Origin: Candidatus Scalindua sp.
GTDB taxonomy: Bacteria; Planctomycetota; Brocadiia; Brocadiales; Scalinduaceae
Assembly (NCBI GenBank): GCA_031316235.1
Contig: JALDRA010000002.1
Location: 1 to 32,000 of the forward strand
DNA: 32,000 nt
Direction of reading: 5' to 3'
The translations under genes and the position numbers were made by a program. Positions within the stretch are counted from its first letter, which is position 1, and each line of letters begins with the position of its first letter. Positions 9,667 to 18,997 of this stretch are shown piece by piece. The notes under the pieces were generated by a model. It had not been told where the DNA came from, ran no database searches, and was given only the letters and a program-made list of their open reading frames with translations.

Positions 9667-10029
9667 TCATATCAATATTTTGTAACTTTGACACCATGAG
9701 GGTATACCGTAAGCATTAGCTTGAAGGTCATTTCATAAACACACCCTTTGCGTCTGCAATTCAGAAACAAGCTTCGATAGTCGTATAAACCAAGGTAAAT
9801 TCGTTGTTTGACAAATACCAATTTTGACAGGACCTGCAATACCAAAACAACCCGACAGAGGCGAAGATATTCTTCTCTTCTGTAAGAATTCACTGACAAT
9901 TATTTCAAGAGTAGGAGATTCCAGGCTCTTAAAAGTTTCCTCTTCAAGAATTTCTAAAACTGTTTCCGCAACTTCAAATAAAGCCAAACGTGTATTTGTT
10001 CCTCTGATATCACCGCACAAAACCTTCAT
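9667..10029 (-). pseudogene. glk: Glucokinase remnant: N-terminal ~98 codons, an in-frame TGA, 21 more homologous codons, then truncation
   Basis: MKVLCGDIRGTNTRLALF...GIAGPV...TTNLPW is the ROK-less Glk N-terminus. After TGA (9735..9733) the same frame continues NDLQANAYGIPS, the conserved NDf.A.ayg motif, and stops at 9669..9667. Roughly 200 C-terminal codons are absent. Confidence 0.7.
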
Positions 10030-11573
10030 GCACTATTCCTCCACGCGCGTCCATCTTTAGCCAATAGTTTATTAGAATCCCCAGGCCCCCAGGAACCGGA
10101 AGCATAATTAGGGAAGTTTCGTGCAGGTAAAGTTCCCCAGACATCTAATATCGTTGTTAACGTACTCCAGGCACATTCGACATTGTCTGATCTCAAGAAC
10201 AAAGTCGCATCTCCATGCATGCAATCATAAAGCAAGGCTTCATATCCAATGGCGGCCTTTTTATTTCCAAAAAAATCAGAGTAGGTAAAATCCATTTTCA
10301 TTGTTCCAATATCAAGTGTAGCTCCCGGTTTTTTTGCACTGAAACTCAAAGAAATGCCTTCATTGGGTTGAATCCTGATAACCAAAACATTTGTTTCCAA
10401 ATTCTCAACGGCGGTCTCCCTGAATAAAGTAAAAGGCGGTTTTTTAAAATAAATAACAATCTCTGTCATCCTCTTTGCCATCCGCTTCCCGGTACGAATA
10501 TAGAAAGGGACACCCGCCCAACGCCAATTATCAATCATCATTTTCAGGGCAACAAACGTTTCTGTGTTCGATTTCGGATTTACATCCGGTTCGGAACGGT
10601 ATCCGGAAACCTTTTCTCCATTAGCGAGAACGCCTTCTCCATATTGACCCCTTACCGTACAAGACAATACATCTTCATGTGAATAAGGATATATCGCATG
10701 TAAAACTTTTGCTTTCTCATTACGAACAGCCTCTGCATCAAATGAATACGGCGGCTCCATGGCAATGTAACTTAGTAATTGCACGATGTGATTAGACACC
10801 ATATCGCGTAAAGCTCCCACCTCTTCGTAGTAAGAAGCCCGATGTTCCACTCCCAACTCTTCACTGACGGTAATCTGGATGTGATCAATATAACGACGAT
10901 TCCAGATAGGTTCAAAAATACCGTTGGCAAATCTGAAAACTAAGATATTCTGAACTGTTTCTTTACCCAAATAGTGATCAATACGATAAACCTGGGATTC
11001 AGCCAGGTATTTCTGTAATTCATGATTCAGAGCTTGTGCCGACTCTAAATCTCTGCCAAAAGGTTTTTCAATAATCACCCGTTTCCAGGTTTGATCATCC
11101 TGTTTAATCAGTTCGGTTTGCGATAAGTTCTTTGTAATTGTTCCAAAGATGTTAGGCGGTGTCGCAAGATAAAAGAGACGGTTTCCCTGCGTTTTGTGGT
11201 TTTGCTCTATCTCAAGCAGTAACGTCTTCAGGTTTTCATAACTTGAAGGATCATCATAATCCCCTTGAACGTAGTAGAGACGCTGAGAAATCCAACCCTG
11301 TAATTCCGGGCTGTTTAATTCACAAGAGACAAACTGGCAGAGATCGCCGCTCAGTTTCTCACGAAATTGTTCATTTGTCAACTCCTTTCTTGCGAAGCCG
11401 ATGACGGCAAATTCATCAGGAAGCAGTTTCTCTGCACTGAGATTGTAAAGAGCGGGTATTAACTTACGCATCGTCAAGTCGCCGGAAGCTCCAAAAATAA
11501 CGATTAAACAAGGGCCTGCAGGCATCTCCATTATATTTATATTTTTTATTTCTTGAATATTTTTAGGCGTCAC
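10026..11573 (-). CDS. zwf: Glucose-6-phosphate 1-dehydrogenase
   Basis: FGASGDLTMRKL is the NADP-binding motif and RIDHYLGKE is the active-site signature; EKPFGRDL is also present. GTG start at 11573 is preceded by AGGAGA at 5 nt. An alternative ATG lies at 11531. Confidence 0.95.
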   Translation of the reverse strand: MTPKNIQEIKNINIMEMPAGPCLIVIFGASGDLTMRKLIPALYNLSAEKLLPDEFAVIGFARKELTNEQFREKLSGDLCQFVSCELNSPELQGWISQRLYYVQGDYDDPSSYENLKTLLLEIEQNHKTQGNRLFYLATPPNIFGTITKNLSQTELIKQDDQTWKRVIIEKPFGRDLESAQALNHELQKYLAESQVYRIDHYLGKETVQNILVFRFANGIFEPIWNRRYIDHIQITVSEELGVEHRASYYEEVGALRDMVSNHIVQLLSYIAMEPPYSFDAEAVRNEKAKVLHAIYPYSHEDVLSCTVRGQYGEGVLANGEKVSGYRSEPDVNPKSNTETFVALKMMIDNWRWAGVPFYIRTGKRMAKRMTEIVIYFKKPPFTLFRETAVENLETNVLVIRIQPNEGISLSFSAKKPGATLDIGTMKMDFTYSDFFGNKKAAIGYEALLYDCMHGDATLFLRSDNVECAWSTLTTILDVWGTLPARNFPNYASGSWGPGDSNKLLAKDGRAWRNSA

Positions 11574-11676
11574 GATTTCTCCTGTTTTACAGATTAAAAA
11601 TTTTTGCTATTGGTAACTGATTCAACGTGCCCTCCAGACGTCATCCGCATAGCCGATAAAACTTTCTCGGCAAAGG

Positions 11677-11814
11677 TATACTCATCTTAAAATGGTTTTC
11701 GGATAAAATCCGAGATAAAATTGAGCGAGTACAAGTGCTCGTCGCTTTTTGTCCGGGGATACCTTCATAGATTTAGTTTCCGGTAAAACCGAAAATCAAA
11801 TCGGTTTTAGTATA
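11677..11814 (-). repeat. Dispersed MITE-like element, copy 3 (138 bp, subfamily B, several substitutions and a 2-nt deletion)
   Basis: It aligns full length with the other copies. It lies about 100 nt upstream of the zwf start. Confidence 0.9.
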
Positions 11815-12085
11815 TGATCCTGACAGGAGAGAAAACGGGTGCAGAGTGCCGCTGAAAGAACCTCGACAGGTCGGAAGTGAGATAACCTCTCTCAGCCGCC
11901 CCTCCAGTTTTATCCCTTCCAGGTGTCTGCTCAATAGTACCTTTGCCAGGAGCCAGCGTCTTGCCGGTTCAACTCTATGTCTTCCAAACGAACATTCCCA
12001 CAAAGGTATTGTATGCAATGTTCAATACATGATCTGATTCGTGATAAGGGAGGTTGGCTCATGCAGAAAATAAATGATTGTGAAA

Positions 12086-13588
12086 TTATTCATGCTCCCC
12101 TGATACCTTGAACAGGTGAAATCCATAGGGGGTAATATCAAGATAGAGGCCCCTGGAAACAATCTCTTCCCTTGACCTGATATATTCGACCGGATTTGCC
12201 ATGTCTTCAAATGTCAGATTCTCTGTCCCAGAGAAAATATCAGCTACCGGAAGATGCAGGTAACACTGCGATTGGGAGGCTGAATAATTTATAATCAGCA
12301 GGAAGTGATTTGAGTTAAACACTCCTATAAAATTATCATTGGTTCTATTGCCCTCCCATGCAGGAGACGGTTCTAAGAGAATCCAACTGTTATCACCCTG
12401 CATTATTGTGTCAGTATTCGACAAGAGCATCTTATAAAAAGAATTAATCCGCTGGTCTGTTTTTTCTTCAGGCCTCCTGATCAGCTGCACCGGCAGTCTG
12501 ATTTTAAAACCTTCCAACTGCCCCTGGTGAAAAAGCTGGACACCAGGGGTAATAGTCATAATTAATGCGGCAGCCATTGACTTTTCAACGCCAAATGCTG
12601 TTACTGCACGGTCTTCGTCATGATTTTCAATAAATCTCAGATTTTTATTACATACATCATCATGCTCTGTCAGGACACCTTTTAATTTTCCAATATCCAT
12701 TTCTTTTAAGGCATCATAGAAAGGTTTGTCATACGCATAATCAAACCCGAGTAACAGAAGTTCGGTCTCAAGACCCCAATACACCTCGGCAATAAAGATA
12801 AAGCCGGGATATGATTGCTTTACATCCACAATAACTTCCTGCCAGAACTCCTGATCCGGTTCATCGAATTTATTGCTGTTGAATACTCTGTCCCCCCAGA
12901 TTTCACGCTGGATTCTTTTTAGAATCAACATCGCCATATCACAGCGCAGCCCGTCACAGAGTTGGGCTATGCTTAATACTACATCATGGATAGACTTTCG
13001 TGTCTGGGGATTAAAATAATTTAACTGTGCAACATCTGTCCATGCAGGGAAATAAGGGTCTTTTCCATACGCTACTATTGTTTTATAATTATCCACAGTA
13101 AAGAATGTTTCCGGGTTATTCCTTATATCTGCTTCCGATCCATTTATAAAAAGCTGAGGTTTTGTTTTAACCCAGGGATGGTCTAACGCTACATGATTCG
13201 GCACAAAATCCAGAAGAAGTTTAATTCCGTGCCTGTTCAATCTTTTTTTAAAATCCAGAATGCTTTTACGGTCACCCAGAGAACTGTCGATTTCATACCC
13301 GGCTACCGAATAAGGGGAACAACCGATATCTTCCGGCTTAAGATCCGGAAATACCTTCAGGAATTCACTGCGGAGGCCTTCATGATGAAGCGCAATATCT
13401 CTTCCTCTCCCGCTTGAGCGCCACACCCCCATCAGCCAGACAGCGTCAAATCCGAATTTCCTGATGCCTGTTATCTCTTCATCAGGGATAGTATCCAGTT
13501 TTATTTCACTCTGATATCTATGTGACAGCTCTTTCAGCCATATACGGGTGTTAATCTCATAAATGTGTGAAATTTTCTTTTTCGCCAT
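12086..13588 (-). CDS. GH13 alpha-amylase family glycoside hydrolase (cytoplasmic, specificity unknown)
   Basis: The four GH13 conserved regions are present: DFVPNHVALDHPW (I), GLRCDMAM (II, nucleophile Asp), FIAEVYW (III, acid/base Glu) and FIENHDEDR (IV). No signal peptide is visible. Confidence 0.85.
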   Translation of the reverse strand: MAKKKISHIYEINTRIWLKELSHRYQSEIKLDTIPDEEITGIRKFGFDAVWLMGVWRSSGRGRDIALHHEGLRSEFLKVFPDLKPEDIGCSPYSVAGYEIDSSLGDRKSILDFKKRLNRHGIKLLLDFVPNHVALDHPWVKTKPQLFINGSEADIRNNPETFFTVDNYKTIVAYGKDPYFPAWTDVAQLNYFNPQTRKSIHDVVLSIAQLCDGLRCDMAMLILKRIQREIWGDRVFNSNKFDEPDQEFWQEVIVDVKQSYPGFIFIAEVYWGLETELLLLGFDYAYDKPFYDALKEMDIGKLKGVLTEHDDVCNKNLRFIENHDEDRAVTAFGVEKSMAAALIMTITPGVQLFHQGQLEGFKIRLPVQLIRRPEEKTDQRINSFYKMLLSNTDTIMQGDNSWILLEPSPAWEGNRTNDNFIGVFNSNHFLLIINYSASQSQCYLHLPVADIFSGTENLTFEDMANPVEYIRSREEIVSRGLYLDITPYGFHLFKVSGEHE

Positions 13589-14191
13589 TGAATATATCCA
13601 AAAACCTTGAGTGCAATCACTATGCTTGCGTGTACTCTACAGATTTTCTCAAAAAAAACAACTCCCATTTATACCCATGGAAATCAACCTGTGGAGATTT
13701 CTTCACCTCCTCCATAACCCATCTTTCATCTTTTCATGCAGGCTTACCTCACCGGTTCTGAATACACCGTGTCAGCAGTAAAAAGCAGAAAGGATAAAAT
13801 CAGGCAGCATAAAAAGTTTCCCCATAACACACCTCCATTGATTTAAATGCACTGTAAGAGAAACAGAAAGTAACAGAAAGGCGGCCAGGTGTCAATATGA
13901 CATAGGATGACATGAGGAAGAGGGGGCAGAAATAATAATCCGCGTTCAAACCAGGTGTCTTCAGGTTTACCCCTGAAAGATGATGAAGATCTCCTCCCGT
14001 AAAACATGAGGCTCCAGGACATTATCCGAAACATCTCCGCAAGGTATACAACGCGTTCAGCCTATGGAGAGATCTTTCGTGAATCCTCACCTGAATCGGG
14101 GAGAGGAGGTTGGTTACGTCATCATTGACACCTGCCGAGAAGGAAACCAATCGGGAGAAGAAAGAGAGAAGTTCTGGCGGGTCGATTCGCA

Positions 14192-15016
14192 CTACAGAGT
14201 ATAGTCCGGCTTTACCCCCAGCTTATCAGCGATGAGGGAATTAAGTGCCCCGCGTAAAGCGATCAGCTCTGACTCGTCCAGGTGATCAAACTGTGCCAGT
14301 TTTTCCCGTATCTCTCTGATGGCGGGACTTACCCTGCCTTGTACCTCCTTTCTGGAGGTCAGGAAGGCCGCCAGGTTGGCGATGAGAATACCCCATGTTA
14401 TCAACCCGGAAAGAATAAGCACGAGCCCGAAGATGTGCCCGACGACCGTGACCGGTGCAATGTCGCCATAGCCGGGTGTCATCCACGTTACCAGTGATGC
14501 ATAGAGAGCATCCCAGTAGGTATTGATTTTTTCATTTACCCCGCGTTCGTAGTAAAACAGGAGACCTGAAGAAGCAAGCATGATGCCCGTGAGCAAAAGG
14601 AGTATCCACTGCAGCCCGTTAAGCCTGGCGAACTGGGAGACGTTAACACCCAGCACATTGAGCGAGCTGATAACCCGCGCCAGGCGTGTAATCCTGGACA
14701 GCCTCAGGATGCGAACAAGCCGCGCCGCTCTCAGCCAGCGTATCACCGGCAGTATGGCGACGAGGTCAAGCCAGTGTTCCTTCAAATAGCCTAATCGAAA
14801 AGAAGAGATTGAAATGCGGGTGACGAATTCAAGGATAAAAAATACGGTGATGCCCGAATCTATGCTGCCAAGTATGGCGATTCCCCTGTCTGAAAAATGG
14901 AATATATCCGGAAGAAAACCGATGATAACGAAGATAATAGCAAGTCCCACCATGAACAATTCCCAGGCAGTCTCATACGTATCAAAAAAGTAGACAAGTA
15001 TTTTACGAAGTTTCAT
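14192..15016 (-). CDS. Voltage-gated potassium channel (6-TM Kv-like)
   Basis: The S4 segment RWLRAARLVRILRLSRITRLAR has Arg at every third position. The selectivity filter is TPGYGD. There are six hydrophobic segments. Sampled 60-nt lines give 53-57% GC, against roughly 40% in the flanks. Confidence 0.85.
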   Translation of the reverse strand: MKLRKILVYFFDTYETAWELFMVGLAIIFVIIGFLPDIFHFSDRGIAILGSIDSGITVFFILEFVTRISISSFRLGYLKEHWLDLVAILPVIRWLRAARLVRILRLSRITRLARVISSLNVLGVNVSQFARLNGLQWILLLLTGIMLASSGLLFYYERGVNEKINTYWDALYASLVTWMTPGYGDIAPVTVVGHIFGLVLILSGLITWGILIANLAAFLTSRKEVQGRVSPAIREIREKLAQFDHLDESELIALRGALNSLIADKLGVKPDYTL

Positions 15017-15362
15017 AGTTTTCCTCTTGTTGTGGCAGGTTTTCTTTTGAGATGAGTGAATTCTTTATCGTACAAGCTACTCTGTTACACGCACCTTTCC
15101 AGGCCTCATGGATTTTCATGGTGACAGTATAACCGTTTTTTCTGATAAATCAACTGCCTGGTGGCATTCCTTTATTTCTGCAGCCGCATTTCAATGAAGA
15201 TCTTAAATAGCCACAGTGGGTAGTACAGAAAGAGATGGCAACATTCAGGCCCAGAGTAACCCAGGTTTTTCTGCCTTCTATCAAATCAAGAGAAGTTTTG
15301 TCGTGACAAACCCCTCCACCTCACTATGAAAAAAATCTATAGCTTACTATGGATTTTCGAAG

Positions 15363-15476
15363 TATACTCATCTCATAATGGTTTTCGGATAAAATCCGAG
15401 ATAAAATTGAGCGAGTATACCTTCACCAAGATTTGGTTTCCGGTAAAACCGAAAACCAAATCTTGGTGAAGGTATA
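15363..15476 (-). repeat. Dispersed MITE-like element, copy 4 (short 114-bp variant). It contains a perfect 24-bp inverted repeat, 15416..15439 / 15453..15476
   Basis: It lacks the 28-nt internal module CAAGTCCTCGGCGCTTTTTGTCCGGGGA. Its right arm is exactly complementary to its left arm (TATACCTTCACCAAGATTTGGTTT). It lies in the divergent region between the channel gene and pepD. Confidence 0.9.
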
Positions 15477-15636
15477 CAATTGCTGTCACGTATTAATCCA
15501 GTAGTCAGATAGACAAGTTAGAATTTACCCATTCAGCTGAAAAATTCATCAAAGTTAAAGCATTGAGAAGCGTTAAAAAAGAGGAGGAAGTGTTATAGTA
15601 TTTCACGAAGCGATTCAGGATCTGGAGCCTCGATTA

Positions 15637-17058
15637 TTGTGGGAGAGTTTTTCTCAGATTACACAAATTCCCCGGCCGTCAAAAAAAGAGGAGAAGATTG
15701 CAAAATTCATCAAAGAGATTGCTCTTCAGCACAATCTCCCGTGTAAGCAGGACAGTGCGGGTAACCTCTTAATCACGAAACCTGCAACACCAGGCATGGA
15801 CGATCGCCCAATCATTGTACTCCAGAGTCACCTGGATATGGTTTGCGAGAAAAATGAAGGGAAAGAGCATGATTTTGAAAAAGACCCCATCGTGATAAAA
15901 CGCGAAGGTGACTGGATCATGGCAGAGGGTACTTCACTCGGAGCTGACAACGGGATCGGTGTAGCTGCAGCGTTGACCATAATTAAATCTGACACACTTG
16001 TCCATGGACCGCTCGAATTTCTCTTTACCGTAGACGAGGAAACCGGTCTTACGGGAGCAAAATCACTTCAAGGTGATTTTGTAAACGGTCGAATTCTTTT
16101 AAATTTAGACTCCGAAGAGGACGGCACGCTGTTTATAGGTGGTGCAGGCGGGCTGAGCACCTCCTTGATGAAAAAGATTGAATGGGTGTACACGCCTTCC
16201 GGATGCATAGCGTACAAAATCAAGCTTAGCGGTCTCTGCGGCGGTCATTCCGGCCTGGATATCAATAAAGGTCTGGGGAACGCAATCAAACTCATGACAC
16301 GATTCCTGTTTCATCTCAATCAGGATGCAGAAGTGTATCTTTTTTCCTTTAACAGCGGAGAAAAACACAATGCAATCCCAAGAGAGGCAGAAGCTGGAAT
16401 TGTCATAAGGGGTGAATATGAAATCCTGTTGCAGAAAGCGGTGAAAAAGTTTGAGACCATATACATGAATGAGCTTCTGTTTACTGAGAAGAACGTAAAG
16501 TTGCGTATCAACCGGATTAAAGAACCACCTTCTCAAGTATTCAGCTCACATTTTCAGAATACGCTTATCTCTCTTCTCTATACTCTCCACCATGGTGTTT
16601 TGAGGATGAGCTGTGGGGTACCTGGCCAGGTTGAAACATCATCGAACCTTGCAGCCGTTCATACTTCTGAAAATCGAGTCGAAATATTGACCAGCCAGAG
16701 AAGTTCGATGATTACAGGCATTGATGATTGCGCCAACAAAATCAAGACTGCTGGTTTCCTTGCAGGCATGGAGGTAAAACAGGGAAATCGCTATCCTGTC
16801 TGGCAACCGGATCCGGACTCAAAGTTAGTGAAGGTTTGCCGATCAGTTTACCATGAATTATATGGATGTGAACCTGAAGTCAAGACAATTCACGCGGGAT
16901 TGGAGTGCGGCATAATCAGGGATCATTTTAAAGGGATGGACACCATTTCATTCGGCCCTACAATACAGAGCCCTCATTCACCAGATGAGAGAATGAATAT
17001 CCAGACGGTAAAAAAATTCTGGGATTATCTGGTACTCCTTCTGAAAAATATCCGGTAA
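15637..17058 (+). CDS. pepD: Aminoacyl-histidine (Xaa-His) dipeptidase, M20 family
   Basis: IPRPS.KEE, HLDMV, LGADNGIG, DSEEDG and a C-terminal HSPDE are all present. The start shown is TTG 15637, with GGAG 9 nt upstream. Homology to PepD N-termini (LEPRLLW) extends upstream, so the true start is uncertain (see findings). Confidence 0.9.
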   Translation: MWESFSQITQIPRPSKKEEKIAKFIKEIALQHNLPCKQDSAGNLLITKPATPGMDDRPIIVLQSHLDMVCEKNEGKEHDFEKDPIVIKREGDWIMAEGTSLGADNGIGVAAALTIIKSDTLVHGPLEFLFTVDEETGLTGAKSLQGDFVNGRILLNLDSEEDGTLFIGGAGGLSTSLMKKIEWVYTPSGCIAYKIKLSGLCGGHSGLDINKGLGNAIKLMTRFLFHLNQDAEVYLFSFNSGEKHNAIPREAEAGIVIRGEYEILLQKAVKKFETIYMNELLFTEKNVKLRINRIKEPPSQVFSSHFQNTLISLLYTLHHGVLRMSCGVPGQVETSSNLAAVHTSENRVEILTSQRSSMITGIDDCANKIKTAGFLAGMEVKQGNRYPVWQPDPDSKLVKVCRSVYHELYGCEPEVKTIHAGLECGIIRDHFKGMDTISFGPTIQSPHSPDERMNIQTVKKFWDYLVLLLKNIR

Positions 17059-17226
17059 AGCCAAGATTGATATCTTTCAGAGTATCAAAGCCTGAAGGAT
17101 CAAAAAGGTGAGTTCTCACGTCAGCAGGGCGTATAAACTTATTGTTTGACTGCAACTCTGCTTTATCTATCCATCTTCGAAACACTGCCATTTCCTGCTC
17201 TTCAGATTAATCCTGATTGATTCATC

Positions 17227-17366
17227 TATACTCATCTTACAATGGTTTTCGGATAAAATCCGAGATAAAATTGAGCGAGTACAAGTCCTCGGCGTTTTTT
17301 GTCCGGGGATACCTTCACCAAGATTTGGTTTCCGGTAAAACCGAAAACCAAATCGGCTTTAGTATA
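17227..17366 (-). repeat. Dispersed MITE-like element, copy 5 (full length, subfamily B)
   Basis: It aligns full length with the other copies. It lies between the convergent pepD and aroA 3' ends. Confidence 0.95.
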
Positions 17367-17433
17367 TTTCCAATTTCTGTCTTGTTTCTCAAATCAGATA
17401 GTTTCCGTCAATCTTGAAAATCTGACAACACAT

Positions 17434-18741
17434 TCAAGGTGTTTCATTACATATCGACTGGAGTTTTTCAAAATAGTCAGGGAATGTCTTTGCGACACAA
17501 TCAGGATTTTCCAACGTAATCCCCTCTGATCGCAAACCGATAAGCGCAAAGCTCATTGCCATACGGTGATCATCATATGTTGCTATGCGGGCAGCATGAG
17601 GGGCAGCAGGTTCGATCTCAAGACCATCATCATATTCTATCACATTGACTCCGATTTTCTGGAGTTCGGTTACAAGTGCCTTAATCCGATCAGTCTCTTT
17701 GTAGCGAAGATTCTTCACGTTTCGTATGTGCGTTTTCCCCTTTGCGAAGACTGCAACAACCGCCAGGGTCTGCACAACATCAGGGGTATCATTCATGTCG
17801 ATGTCTATCCCCTTCAACTCCCCACCTTCGATTTCCATCCAGTCATCACTTTTCTTCACCGTACAGCCCATTCTGCTCAATATGTCGGCAAATGCGGCAT
17901 CACCCTGGAGTGAATTGGTACCCAGGCCTTCAATTTTCACCTTTCCTCCCGTTATCGCTGCGGCTGCCAGGAAGTATGAGGCGTTAGATGCATCTGGCTC
18001 GACGATGTACCCGCACCCCTTATAGCACTGACCGGATTCAATAAAAAACTCTCTGTACGCATCCTGCCTTACCGTTACACCGAATTTCCTCATGACATCG
18101 ATTGTCATATCAACATAATTTTTCGAAACGAGATCCTCTGTTATTACAAGACGGACATCATTAGTCGCATAGGGGGCTGCTAAAAGGATTGCACTGACAT
18201 ACTGACTGCTTACATCACCCTTCATCCTGACTGTACCCCCCTTCAGTCCGTGCGCATGTATCACAACAGGCGGACAACCGGTATTATCCTTTGACACGAC
18301 ATTTGCCCCAAGTTGATTCAGACTATCAAGCAATTCCTGAATTGGTCTGTTCCTCATCCGTTCAACCCCGTCTATCTCATACCTGCCGTTCCCTAACGTC
18401 AGGGCCGCAGTCATAAATCGGACAACAGTTCCGGCGTTGCCTGCATATATGTTTGCTTCCCTGGCAGGTACTTTACCGCTGCAGCCGTTTACCAGCAGCG
18501 AATTATCTTCCGGAACACTTTTAACGGATACTCCTATGGTGTTAAGACCTGCTATCATGAACCGGGTATCATCGCTCAGCAGCGGATTTTTTATGACGGA
18601 TGGTCCTGCCGCAAGCAAAGCGGTTATCAGGGCCCTGTTCGTGTAGCTTTTTGATCCGGGAACAAGAACGGATGCCCGGATCCTGCCGGTTGGTTTTATT
18701 TCCAATATATCAACCACAAATTCCTCCTTACAGATGTTCAT
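17434..18741 (-). CDS. aroA: 3-phosphoshikimate 1-carboxyvinyltransferase (EPSP synthase)
   Basis: LVPGSKSYTNRALI, GNAGTVVRFM and DDHRMAMSFAL are present. The length of 435 aa fits the family. Confidence 0.95.
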   Translation of the reverse strand: MNICKEEFVVDILEIKPTGRIRASVLVPGSKSYTNRALITALLAAGPSVIKNPLLSDDTRFMIAGLNTIGVSVKSVPEDNSLLVNGCSGKVPAREANIYAGNAGTVVRFMTAALTLGNGRYEIDGVERMRNRPIQELLDSLNQLGANVVSKDNTGCPPVVIHAHGLKGGTVRMKGDVSSQYVSAILLAAPYATNDVRLVITEDLVSKNYVDMTIDVMRKFGVTVRQDAYREFFIESGQCYKGCGYIVEPDASNASYFLAAAAITGGKVKIEGLGTNSLQGDAAFADILSRMGCTVKKSDDWMEIEGGELKGIDIDMNDTPDVVQTLAVVAVFAKGKTHIRNVKNLRYKETDRIKALVTELQKIGVNVIEYDDGLEIEPAAPHAARIATYDDHRMAMSFALIGLRSEGITLENPDCVAKTFPDYFEKLQSICNETP

Positions 18742-18997
18742 TCACCGTCAGTATCCTGCTCAGAATGGTGAGCACAGGTACTGTTCATACGAAAACAGTT
18801 TCAATTCAATGCGATTATATGATGCCGGCAACACTTCATCAAGAACAAATGTACGGGACGGAATGTTTTTTACCCATTTTTGAAAATTATCAATTTTTTC
18901 TATGCAAAATTGTGGTATAACTTATATAATTTACCTGAATCTGAAAATTATTACGATACTTTTTGTAATTTGCTTAAAATTGAAAAGGAGTCACTAG

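Noticed and set aside
9733-9735. The in-frame TGA in glk as selenocysteine or another recoding event.
   Set aside because: The position is not a catalytic Cys site in glucokinases. The frame terminates again 22 codons later with most of the gene missing, so simple decay is the parsimonious reading.
14064-14204. A 46-codon plus-strand ORF (MERSFVNPHLNRGEEVGYVIIDTCREGNQSGEEREKFWRVDSHYRV) overlapping the 3' end of the channel gene. The 63-aa ORF at 13843-14034 was considered with it.
   Set aside because: No RBS, no recognisable family, and short. It is more likely chance frames or debris in a GC-richer stretch.
15150-15284. A 44-codon minus-strand ORF with FCTTHCGYL...KCGC, reminiscent of a degraded radical SAM CX3CX2C motif.
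   Set aside because: The third Cys of the motif is absent. The ORF is tiny, starts at TTG and has no supporting context. It cannot be distinguished from chance.
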